The translations under genes were made by a program, and so were the position numbers. From Pedobacter sp. (GTDB taxonomy: Bacteria > Desulfobacterota > Desulfuromonadia > Geobacterales > Pseudopelobacteraceae), in contig JBAYZR010000001.1 of assembly GCA_041672425.1 (NCBI GenBank), positions 1 to 51,490 on the forward strand: DNA of 51,490 bases, given 5' to 3'. The notes below the pieces were generated by a model. The model searched no databases. It saw nothing but the letters and a program-made list of their open reading frames with translations, and was not told where the DNA came from. This document shows, in pieces, positions 38,554-47,097 of the stretch. How positions within the stretch are numbered: the first letter of the stretch is position 1; every line of letters begins with the position of its first letter.

Positions 38554-40773
38554 ATGATGAGTGTTTGGAGCGTAGATGCTGATGATATTAAAACCGAACA
38601 AGATTTTGAAGAGGTTTTACTTTACAAAACACCATGGATTGATAATTTTCTGGACATGGAAAGAGGAAGTAAATTTATTGTAATAGCAACAAAAGGATTT
38701 GGTAAAACATTTCTACTCAAAGCAAAAAGAATAATGTTTCAAAAAGAGCGAAAAGATATTCAGTGTATTCCTGAAAATAGTTTACTTGACAAACCTGCGG
38801 GTGAGACCATTTTCAGTGCTGAAATGTGTGATTTTTATAGTGGCACATCTAACCACTGGGTAACTATTTGGACGGCATCTATTGTAATAACGGTACTCAA
38901 ACAGTTGGGTAAATTATCCGACGATGATTTAAGCAAGAAATTATCAGTACTAAAGAATAACAACTTAAAAACTGTTACAGACCATTTAGTAAACATTTTG
39001 AAAATGGGGCGTGAAAATTACTTCGAATTAGTTGACAACTATAATGAAAATCTAATTCCTAAGTCAAAGAACATTCATTCACCGATTGCAATATTTATAG
39101 ATAATGTTGATGAATATTTTAAAAAACATATTAATCCAGAGATAATGCGCCCAAGCGATGTTGGTGAAGTATCGCCAACTATCTGGTATTATTCGCAGAT
39201 TGGTTTAATTGAAGCAATATATCAATTACAAAGGTCAAATCACCATTTAAAGGTATTTGCTTCAATTAGAAAAGAAGCAGTTTTAAAACTTAAAGAATTT
39301 GACCCAATGATTCAGCAGTACCTTGGAAGCAGTGTAGATGTTGTTTATTCTCGGCAAGACATCATGGAGATTTTTATAAAAAATATTAAGAAAGATAAAA
39401 ATCTCATTGATGCTTCAATAAAAGAAAATAATCCTATCCAAGCGTTTTTAGGGCTATTGCAAGTAACACATTCATTGTCTCGAGAAAAAGAAAACATCTT
39501 TGATTACATTTACCGCCACACGTTACAAAGACCACGCGATTTCATGGTTATTGGCGCAAGAATATCAGACACGAGACCATTAGATAGAACAGAAGATAAT
39601 TTAAAGATAATAATCAACAAAGCTGCTTCCGATATAGCTACGCAATATATTAATGAAACATTACCGCATATCGATGGCCTTGATTATGACAAACTATTCG
39701 AGCTTATTGACAAAAACATATTAACAAAAAAAGATGTTAATAAAATATGCAGTAAATATAATAGTAATAGTTGCTATGATTCTGACTGTAAATTGTGTGA
39801 TCTTAACCATGTATTTTGTAATTTGTACAAAGCAGGGCTATTAGGTTACATAAGAAAAGATCTTGTCTATGCGTCAAAAATACAAAAATTTGCCTTGCCT
39901 GGCGAATACACGTTTGATCCGAACGGAATATTACCGACATCTCCTTATTATTTTCTTCACCCAATATTAGAGGAAAAAATTCGGTCACTAAATCCAAAAT
40001 TCGAGAAAAACATCGCCAAAATAATAATAGGTTATGATCATCCATGGAACGGGTTGAAGCAAACCACACCCTCGATTTTACCAGACCAATTAAGAGATGG
40101 CACAACAAAAAAAATAGTACTTGTTGCCTGTCATCCAGACGACGAAGTATTATCATCAGGAGCATTGCTTTTGAAGGCAGCGCGCCAGGGTTTTCAAATA
40201 TTCTTGGTTTTGGTTACTCAGGGAGAAAGTAGTGGTAGTTTAAATGCAAAAAATCGAAAAGATGAAGCAAATGAAATTGCACTCAAACTTAACGCCACCA
40301 TTACATTTTTAAACTATTCCAATAATGACCTACTTTGTGACGGCAAAATTGATCTTTCTGAAACAACAAAGGAAGTAGAAAAATTAATTAAAGATATTTC
40401 TCCTGATATTATTGTTTGGCCACACGGAGAATCACCTGACCAACATCAAGATCATGTAACACTCCACAAGGCGATTACAAATATCCAGAAACGTTATAAA
40501 TCTGATCAATGTTGCTGGATTGCAGCACAACCACCTGTTTTCGGTGACAGCGGTTTCAAACCAACGAACTATTTAAAAATTGATGCCGAACTTTTAAAAC
40601 AAAAGTATAGATTGATGAGACTGTATAAATCTGAAAAATTAAAAAAATTCGCGTCATATCAATTCATCAAAACAAAAGCCCTACATTGGGCAAGTGAAGG
40701 TAATTGTAGTTTTGATTATGCTGAACCATTTCAGCTTCATAAAGGCTTTCTACCACTTGAGCTTTTTGTGTGA
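38554..40773 (+). CDS. P-loop NTPase fused to a PIG-L/LmbE-family metal-dependent deacetylase
   Basis: GGAGGA RBS, then ATG at 38554 or 38557. Walker A IATKGFGKTFLL, Walker B IAIFIDNVDE. The C-terminal ~220 aa carry VLVACHPDDEVLSSGA and ESPDQHQDH, the PIG-L zinc-ligand motifs HPDD and HxDH. Confidence 0.7.
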   Translation: MMSVWSVDADDIKTEQDFEEVLLYKTPWIDNFLDMERGSKFIVIATKGFGKTFLLKAKRIMFQKERKDIQCIPENSLLDKPAGETIFSAEMCDFYSGTSNHWVTIWTASIVITVLKQLGKLSDDDLSKKLSVLKNNNLKTVTDHLVNILKMGRENYFELVDNYNENLIPKSKNIHSPIAIFIDNVDEYFKKHINPEIMRPSDVGEVSPTIWYYSQIGLIEAIYQLQRSNHHLKVFASIRKEAVLKLKEFDPMIQQYLGSSVDVVYSRQDIMEIFIKNIKKDKNLIDASIKENNPIQAFLGLLQVTHSLSREKENIFDYIYRHTLQRPRDFMVIGARISDTRPLDRTEDNLKIIINKAASDIATQYINETLPHIDGLDYDKLFELIDKNILTKKDVNKICSKYNSNSCYDSDCKLCDLNHVFCNLYKAGLLGYIRKDLVYASKIQKFALPGEYTFDPNGILPTSPYYFLHPILEEKIRSLNPKFEKNIAKIIIGYDHPWNGLKQTTPSILPDQLRDGTTKKIVLVACHPDDEVLSSGALLLKAARQGFQIFLVLVTQGESSGSLNAKNRKDEANEIALKLNATITFLNYSNNDLLCDGKIDLSETTKEVEKLIKDISPDIIVWPHGESPDQHQDHVTLHKAITNIQKRYKSDQCCWIAAQPPVFGDSGFKPTNYLKIDAELLKQKYRLMRLYKSEKLKKFASYQFIKTKALHWASEGNCSFDYAEPFQLHKGFLPLELFV

Positions 40774-40794
40774 TTTAACAAAGGTGAAAAAACG

Positions 40795-41616
40795 ATGAAA
40801 CCCGTTGAAAACGTATACGAAGTTGCCTTTATACTTCTCAGCTCGGTTGGCGGAGCGGCTGTGATTATTTGGAGCCTTTCATCCTGGCTCGGAAAGGTTT
40901 GGGCTAATCGGATTTTGGAATCTGAAAAAGCCAAATATACTAAAGAACTTGACTCCATCAGACATCAATTTCAGGTCGAACTGAATCGTGTGTCTATCAT
41001 TCATGAAAACCAAAAAATCAGCTTTCGAAACGTAATAATAGCATTAAGTAAAGCAATAAAGGCTTTAGAGCAGGCTTATGACGAAGAATGGTGTCCCATA
41101 AGTGATCGTAAATATGATGAATTGAGGAATATTGTGATCGAAGAATCTCTGTTTCTTGGGAAAGATGGAGAAAATGCATTGGATGTATTTTTGAAGTTTT
41201 TCGGAAAATCAACATATTTTCCAGAAATAGAAATTCAACCAGATCGGATGCTTAGGAACGTTTATGAATACTTGACTTACATCGATGGCAGAATTCGGGA
41301 GTACTTTAGAAAACGAATTGGACTGTCAGACGAAGAAAATCCGCTTTTTGAGGTTTACTTGCTAGACGTTTGTTTAATTCTCAATGACTACCATCCGAAG
41401 GGGAACCGGTTCACCTATGATGAAATCTTTAATTTTGATTTTGACTCTCCTCCATTGGTATTGATTGAAAAATATATATCTAATTTAGATGCACTTAAAG
41501 CAAATATGAAAAAATACATTGAAATAGTTGAGATAGACGACAAAAATAGGAAATTTTACTTTGAAGATCTTTCTAGGATAAGAATGTATTTGAAGCTTAT
41601 ATGTTCCAAGGGATAA
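40795..41616 (+). CDS. Single-pass membrane protein with a helical cytoplasmic domain
   Basis: 273 aa, 21 nt after the previous stop, with an AAAGGTGA RBS. The N-terminal hydrophobic helix is VAFILLSSVGGAAVIIWSLSSWLG. Confidence 0.6.
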   Translation: MKPVENVYEVAFILLSSVGGAAVIIWSLSSWLGKVWANRILESEKAKYTKELDSIRHQFQVELNRVSIIHENQKISFRNVIIALSKAIKALEQAYDEEWCPISDRKYDELRNIVIEESLFLGKDGENALDVFLKFFGKSTYFPEIEIQPDRMLRNVYEYLTYIDGRIREYFRKRIGLSDEENPLFEVYLLDVCLILNDYHPKGNRFTYDEIFNFDFDSPPLVLIEKYISNLDALKANMKKYIEIVEIDDKNRKFYFEDLSRIRMYLKLICSKG

Positions 41617-41747
41617 CGAACGTGTTTGAAAGTAACCGGTCGCCAAACACAGCCCGTTGAACTAATCCGCTTCGCGGAAAGTGCAAATCAAGCAAGTTAC
41701 AAGTGAAAAAACTCACCAACCACTCAACAATCATTGGGGATCGGTAT

Positions 41748-42458
41748 ATGCACCCATTAACATATTTTGTTGACGAATCGATCAAGGTCTTTGATGGAGA
41801 TGAAATTTGTGCGCTAATTGCAATTAAGACAATAGATTCTTCCAAGCTGAATTCACTTATCAGAGATTCAATAGCTAGAATTATTTCTGACCCAGTATTA
41901 AGTCAGCATAGCGGAATAAACGGCACATGGATTCCGCACTACTGTAATGACCACCCAATTGAAGTGCACCCGCAATTCTTGCGAGACATCTCCCAAATGC
42001 CATTTGAGGCATATATTGTATTTGGTCAAAAAAATAAGTTTCCGCAACTAGATGAGTACGACTGGTATGATAATCTGATAAAAATCCTATTTACGTTCAG
42101 GTTGTCTGCTGACAAGGGGCGCATTGATAGAGTCGTGTACGAGCAGCATGATTCCAAACTGGGCAAGAGGGAAATCCACCTACAGAAGTTATTTCAGTCA
42201 ATGACTCAGAAGGATGCACAAAGACGAAGAACCGAGACAACCAGCATACTGGTTAAGTCTGCTGGCAAAGATGTACTGCCTCTATGTTTGTCAGACTACA
42301 TCGGTGGAAGCTTTATGTCGTATCTGTGCGAGACTGACAAGTCAAAGCTGGGGCCAAAACGAAGAGGATTTGAATTAGTAGCAAAAAAGATACGCTGGAT
42401 CAAGAATGCCGACAGTAGCGAAATATATACATCAAAACATCCATTTTATAAGGATTGA
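41748..42458 (+). CDS. DUF3800-like protein
   Basis: ATG at 41748 after GGGGA. The track ORF starts at a GTG at 41703. The N-terminal YFVDES and C-terminal PLCLSDYIGG resemble the DUF3800 DESG and LQ-x-AD motifs, recalled from memory. Confidence 0.45.
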   Translation: MHPLTYFVDESIKVFDGDEICALIAIKTIDSSKLNSLIRDSIARIISDPVLSQHSGINGTWIPHYCNDHPIEVHPQFLRDISQMPFEAYIVFGQKNKFPQLDEYDWYDNLIKILFTFRLSADKGRIDRVVYEQHDSKLGKREIHLQKLFQSMTQKDAQRRRTETTSILVKSAGKDVLPLCLSDYIGGSFMSYLCETDKSKLGPKRRGFELVAKKIRWIKNADSSEIYTSKHPFYKD

Positions 42459-42483
42459 CAGGCATGCTCCAAACTGCGAATAT
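42455..42483 (+). promoter_or_regulatory. Sigma70-like promoter candidate overlapping the DUF3800-like gene stop
   Basis: TTGACA (42455-42460), a 17-nt spacer, then GAATAT (42478-42483). The predicted start near 42490 coincides with the 5' arm of the RNA stem. Confidence 0.4.
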
Positions 42484-42488
42484 GCAAC

Positions 42489-42574
42489 TGCTGGAGGGCG
42501 TGGGTAAATCGCCTCGGGCGCGAGTCGCGCTCGATTTTCTTCGACACTTTCAATCTTACCTACGTCCTCTGGCA
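42489..42574 (+). ncRNA. Structured RNA candidate (19-bp stem with 4 G-U pairs enclosing a GC hairpin); possible retron ncRNA part or RT leader
   Basis: GCTGGAGGGCGTGGGTAA (42490-42507) pairs with TTACCTACGTCCTCTGGC (42556-42573) through 14 Watson-Crick and 4 G-U pairs, plus one further flanking T-A pair. These four positions would be A-C mismatches on the opposite strand. The inner hairpin is GGGCGCG-AGT-CGCGCTC. Confidence 0.4.
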
Positions 42575-42576
42575 AT

Positions 42577-43506
42577 ATGATTAAATACGAACTCATAAAA
42601 AACATTGATGGTCTAAGCCTAAATCTTGGGGTCACACGTGCATATCTGACTCAAGCCATTGAGTCGCCCATTCTTCAGTACAATGTTGCAAAGATCCCCA
42701 AACGAGGCGGTAAGGGGCGGCGCACTTTGTATCTCGCCAACGACATTCTAAAAGGCATACAAAAAATTATCCGTGATGACTTGACTGACAGAACTAAATG
42801 GCCGGATTGCGTTCATGGTTTTGTAAAAGACCGGTCAATTGCAACCAACGCAAAGTTACATCTATCGAAGCGTGTTATTTTAAATTTAGACATCAAATCC
42901 TATTTTGAATCTATAGACAAGGCTAAAGTCGCGCAGGTTTTTTGCACACTCGGAGCAACTGAAAAAATTGGCGATCTGTTGGCTGCAATATGCACATGCG
43001 ATGACTACTTGGTGCCTGGGACTGTTTGTGCCCCTATTATTTCAAATATGGTGTTTTCCAATTGCGACAAAGACCTTCTTGAAATCGCAGCAAAATTTCA
43101 ATGCACATACTCAAGATATGTTGATGACATTACATTTTCCGGAGAAAACACCCCTCCGATTAAAGAGATAGACAACGTACTTAAATACCATGGGTTTTTT
43201 AGAAATACAGAGAAAACATTTCGGCAGACCCGTGGTCGAAGGCAATACGTCACTGGATTAACCGTGTTCGACCGAACCATTCCAAGAATTCCAAAATGGA
43301 AAAAAAACGAATTCAGAAAAAAAATTCATTTTATGGAGAAATATGGAATAGATGGCCATTTATCCAGAATTGGAAGCAGAGAATCAGTCGTAGATTTTGT
43401 AATAAGGTTTGATGGGCTGATTAGCTTCTATCTATCGATCGAGCCACACTTTATATCTAAATACATGGGAAATTGGCAAAAAGCTAAGAATTCTTGGGGA
43501 TATTAG
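42577..43506 (+). CDS. Retron-type reverse transcriptase
   Basis: 309 aa with IPKRGGKGRRTLY, HGFVKDRSIATNAKLH, LNLDIKSYFESI, YSRYVDDITFSG (YxDD box) and RRQYVTGLTVF (retron VTG motif). Confidence 0.85.
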   Translation: MIKYELIKNIDGLSLNLGVTRAYLTQAIESPILQYNVAKIPKRGGKGRRTLYLANDILKGIQKIIRDDLTDRTKWPDCVHGFVKDRSIATNAKLHLSKRVILNLDIKSYFESIDKAKVAQVFCTLGATEKIGDLLAAICTCDDYLVPGTVCAPIISNMVFSNCDKDLLEIAAKFQCTYSRYVDDITFSGENTPPIKEIDNVLKYHGFFRNTEKTFRQTRGRRQYVTGLTVFDRTIPRIPKWKKNEFRKKIHFMEKYGIDGHLSRIGSRESVVDFVIRFDGLISFYLSIEPHFISKYMGNWQKAKNSWGY

Positions 43507-43558
43507 CGGGCTCTCAATGCATTTCCCTCTGGAAGGGTCAACCACATATGAACCAACT

Positions 43559-43606
43559 AAAACGCCGTTAAGCCCTTTATTCTCCAAGGCGTAACGGCGT
43601 TTTTTA
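43559..43606 (+). terminator. Rho-independent terminator after the RT gene
   Basis: AAAACGCCGTTA ... TAACGGCGTTTTTT. Confidence 0.65.
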
Positions 43607-43667
43607 GGAAGGTTGAGGGGGCGTACTTGAAAAGTTGAGTTGAGAGGGCAGTCCCCTTTCTGGACCC

Positions 43668-43877
43668 TTTAGCCTCGAAGCTAGGGCTATTCTCGAAGAA
43701 CTACTGGAAAAATACGCCCAGCATGGCACCGCCCAATTTATTGTGCCGGATATCCTCAAAGTACCCCCTATTTCGGAACGGGGCAATGTCATTGAAATAG
43801 CCAACTATTTCGGCGGCGCGGAAAAGCTTCGGGAAGCGGTAAATGAGCTGCAAACGCTGCTCTATGCGGGATTCTAA
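43668..43877 (+). pseudogene. hsdR 3'-end remnant no. 3
   Basis: Encodes SLEARAILEELLEKYAQHGTAQFIVPDILKVPPISERGNVIEIANYFGGAEKLREAVNELQTLLYAGF*. An in-frame TGA lies just upstream and there is no start codon. Confidence 0.9.
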
Positions 43878-43967
43878 TGCAGAAAGACTGATATTATTAC
43901 CACGTATTCGTTGATATCACTGGAATAATTAAAGCAATTATTAAGTACTCTGCTATGGAGGAATGAC

Positions 43968-46900
43968 ATGATTGATATCCCACTTGGGCTTAGAAACACG
44001 CTTGAATCAGGGAATTGTGTCCTATTCATTGGGGCGGGTGTCGGTGGGCACTTAACTGATCCAGTCGGACGAAGTGCTCCTGATGGTGGTACTTTGGCTA
44101 GGGAGTTGGGGGACCACTTCGGAATTGACGTTGGAGATGCTCCGGATTTGATGAAAATCTCCAAGTTGGTTGAAATTCGTAAGGGGAGACAGGCCCTAGA
44201 GCTGTTTTTAAAAAAGAGACTAGCGAATCTTGAGCCTGACGAAAAGCTAAGGACTTTATTGACTCGAAGATGGAGAGCAATATTTACTACTAATTATGAT
44301 AATAGCATAAAGCGTGGGTTCGAGTTGTCTGAATCACCACAACAAAATCCAATTATTATTACTTCAACATCTGAAATAGTTGACTATGATGCAAGGTTTC
44401 AGGTGCCGATATACTATCTCCATGGCGCATTGTTTGGAGAAGAGATAACTAATATTGTAATTACTGACGATGACTACTCTACATTCAGAGAAAGTAGGAA
44501 GATGTTATTTGAACTTCTTAAAAAGGAGTTTATTACCTGTCCCATTCTTTATGTTGGATATAGCAATAGAGACCCAAACTGGAAAATTGTACTTTCAGAG
44601 ATTACTTCTGAATTTTATCCTTCGCCGTTACCTAAATCTTTCAGGATTGACCCTTATGCTGATGGCCACGACATAGAAATTATGTCTGCTAAGAACATTG
44701 ATACTGTAAATGCTACCATTGCTGACTTCTCGGATACCATTGCAGCAGAACTTCCTATAGATGCTGGAATATCAGATCGTCTTGCTAAACTTAAGGTCAA
44801 TATATCAGCAGATTTTTTAGATGCATTTGAACAAAACCCGGCCCCAGTAGTGCGCCTACTTTCATCATGGGAATACGTTAACGATGCCAATTTTGCGGGT
44901 GCACCTAATGTTCATAACTTTTTGCGAGGTGACCGACCAAACTGGGGTTTGATTGGAAAAAATGATGTCTTTGTAAGAGATATTGAAGAAGACGTATATA
45001 ATGATGTCATTGACTTTGCAACAATGGAAAACGTTCGGCCTTTTCAATCAGTTATTCTTGGGTCAGCAGGCTATGGTGTTACTACATTATTGATGACTAT
45101 TGCTGCAAGTATAATAAAAGAAAAAGCTGGAGCTGTTCTTTTCTTAAAGCCTGGTCGTCAACTGCTAGAGGGAGATGTAGATTTTGCCCTCTCAGTGATT
45201 AAAGGTAATGTTTATTTTATAATAGATAATGCTGCTGACAATCATCATAATCTGGCAGTAATGATCCAAAAACTTCGCGACGAAAAGAAAACCTGCTACT
45301 TCCTGGTTGGTGACAGAATAAACGAGTGGAGGCAGGTACAAGGGAAGGTTTCATTCAAGGAATTCGTGTTTGAACCTCTAACCGATCCTGAAATATATCG
45401 TTTGCTTGACTACCTTGCAAAACATAATGAGCTTAACACCTTAGAAGGCCTAACAAAGGAATTGCAATTTACCGCGATCAAGAATGTTCATGGCAAAGAA
45501 TTATTGATTGCTATGAGGGAGGCAACTGAAAATAAAAGCTTCGATGCGATTTTGGAAGATGAATTTTGGGGTATTGGTGATGCCTTTTCAAGAACAATGT
45601 ATCTTTATGTCTGTTTCTTTTATCAACATGGTGCATTTGTTAGGGCTTCTCTGCTTGCTGATCTCTTGGGTGTAGATGAGTCTGAGCTGTATGCTAGGAC
45701 AAAAAGTTCGACAGAAGGGGTTGTCCTTTTCGACTGCCTGAACGAGAGCACAGGCATGTATGGTGCAAGAACCCGTCATCGTACAATTGCTAATATTGTT
45801 TGGGACAGGTGTGGTGATGCTACAGAAAAAGAAGGCATAATCTATAAGGCTCTGGACGCAATCAATCTGACCTACAAAGCAGATAAAGACGCTTTTGAGT
45901 ACTTCACGAAGTCAGATTATATTGTTGACAGCATCAGGACCCTTGAGGGCAAAACAAAATTCTTTGAGGTTGCATGTCGTAAAGATCCTGTCAACCCATA
46001 TGTTCGCCAACATTATTCTCGTATGCTAGTACGCGAAAACAGGCATGAACTTGCGCTGTCACAAATTGACGAAGCATTAAAACTTAACCAACGACTTAGG
46101 GCGCTTTATCACACTAGGGGCATAGTTTTAATGCACATGGCACATTTTGCGGAGAGTTCTGATATTGGACGACGAAGGATGGCACAAAGTGAGTCCATGT
46201 TTAGAAAGTGCCTGTCCATGTATCCCAGGGACGACTATAGCTATCAAGGATTGGCTCAACTTTACATTGGATGGGCAAAAAAGAGACCTGAAACACCAGA
46301 AGAGGTAGCTGAATATGTTGGTAAGGCGGAGGGGGTAATAAATGAAGGTCTTCGTGTTGTTCGGGTACGAGATGCCTTATACATTGAGTCTTCAAATATC
46401 CAACAGCTGATTGGAGACGAACCATCTTATCTTCGTGCTCTCGAAAACGCCGTTAGGGTGAATGATGCAAGCGTTATAGCACGGTATTTGCTCGGTCGCG
46501 CCTACCGAAAGGCTGGCCGTTATAATGACGCCACTACTGTATTAGAATATATTATCAAAAACTTTATAGATGAGTTTAGATGCTTTATCGAATATGGCTT
46601 GTGTCTAATTTACAAGAAACAGTCATACACCAGTGCGATAGCTGTAATGAGCCTCAGTACTCTTTATGGTTTTAGTGATCCAAGATACCTTGCAACACTG
46701 GGAGGTATGTACTTCCTGAACCAGCAATTCGAGGAAGCTACTAGAATATTCAGTGAGACTGGTAGGCGGAATTTCACTGCAAATGAATTGAACGCCATCC
46801 AGTTTATTCCACCTGACCCCACGGACATCTCACAGGAATTACGTTTTACCGGCTCTTGCATTAAAACAAAGCCAGGATACTCTCTCGTAGAGACACCCGG

Positions 46901-47027
46901 GTATCCGCCATTCTTGCTCCCTGGTTCAAAGTATGACGGGATGGTGATTCACGAAGGGGTTAAAATGTCCTTTGTTCCAGCATTTACTGCGCGAGGAAAT
47001 ATCGCTCATCGTCCGTTACCAACTTGA
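43968..47027 (+). CDS. SIR2-STAND-TPR protein (Avs5-like / SIR2-STAND antiviral ATPase architecture)
   Basis: 1019 aa with a GGAGGA RBS. SIR2_2-type motifs CVLFIGAGVG, IFTTNYDN and YYLHGAL. The central P-loop-like region is VILGSAGYGVTTLLM with YFIIDNAADN. The C-terminus holds TPR-like repeats (YQGLAQLYIGWA, RYLLGRAYRKAGRYNDA). Confidence 0.75.
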   Translation: MIDIPLGLRNTLESGNCVLFIGAGVGGHLTDPVGRSAPDGGTLARELGDHFGIDVGDAPDLMKISKLVEIRKGRQALELFLKKRLANLEPDEKLRTLLTRRWRAIFTTNYDNSIKRGFELSESPQQNPIIITSTSEIVDYDARFQVPIYYLHGALFGEEITNIVITDDDYSTFRESRKMLFELLKKEFITCPILYVGYSNRDPNWKIVLSEITSEFYPSPLPKSFRIDPYADGHDIEIMSAKNIDTVNATIADFSDTIAAELPIDAGISDRLAKLKVNISADFLDAFEQNPAPVVRLLSSWEYVNDANFAGAPNVHNFLRGDRPNWGLIGKNDVFVRDIEEDVYNDVIDFATMENVRPFQSVILGSAGYGVTTLLMTIAASIIKEKAGAVLFLKPGRQLLEGDVDFALSVIKGNVYFIIDNAADNHHNLAVMIQKLRDEKKTCYFLVGDRINEWRQVQGKVSFKEFVFEPLTDPEIYRLLDYLAKHNELNTLEGLTKELQFTAIKNVHGKELLIAMREATENKSFDAILEDEFWGIGDAFSRTMYLYVCFFYQHGAFVRASLLADLLGVDESELYARTKSSTEGVVLFDCLNESTGMYGARTRHRTIANIVWDRCGDATEKEGIIYKALDAINLTYKADKDAFEYFTKSDYIVDSIRTLEGKTKFFEVACRKDPVNPYVRQHYSRMLVRENRHELALSQIDEALKLNQRLRALYHTRGIVLMHMAHFAESSDIGRRRMAQSESMFRKCLSMYPRDDYSYQGLAQLYIGWAKKRPETPEEVAEYVGKAEGVINEGLRVVRVRDALYIESSNIQQLIGDEPSYLRALENAVRVNDASVIARYLLGRAYRKAGRYNDATTVLEYIIKNFIDEFRCFIEYGLCLIYKKQSYTSAIAVMSLSTLYGFSDPRYLATLGGMYFLNQQFEEATRIFSETGRRNFTANELNAIQFIPPDPTDISQELRFTGSCIKTKPGYSLVETPGYPPFLLPGSKYDGMVIHEGVKMSFVPAFTARGNIAHRPLPT

Positions 47028-47097
47028 AACACTGCTCGAACTTTCCCTATTTCCGATCTTGAAATTAGAATATTTGCTTAATCCTAAAAGGAAACCA

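Noticed and set aside
42489-42574. Calling the 85-nt stem structure a complete retron msr-msd
   Set aside because: It is too short, and it lacks the separate msr stem-loops and msd hairpin expected of known retron ncRNAs. It is kept only as a candidate component or leader. A 7-bp ATATGCA/TGCATAT pairing (42479-42485 with ~42639-42645) that would extend it is AT-rich and could be chance.
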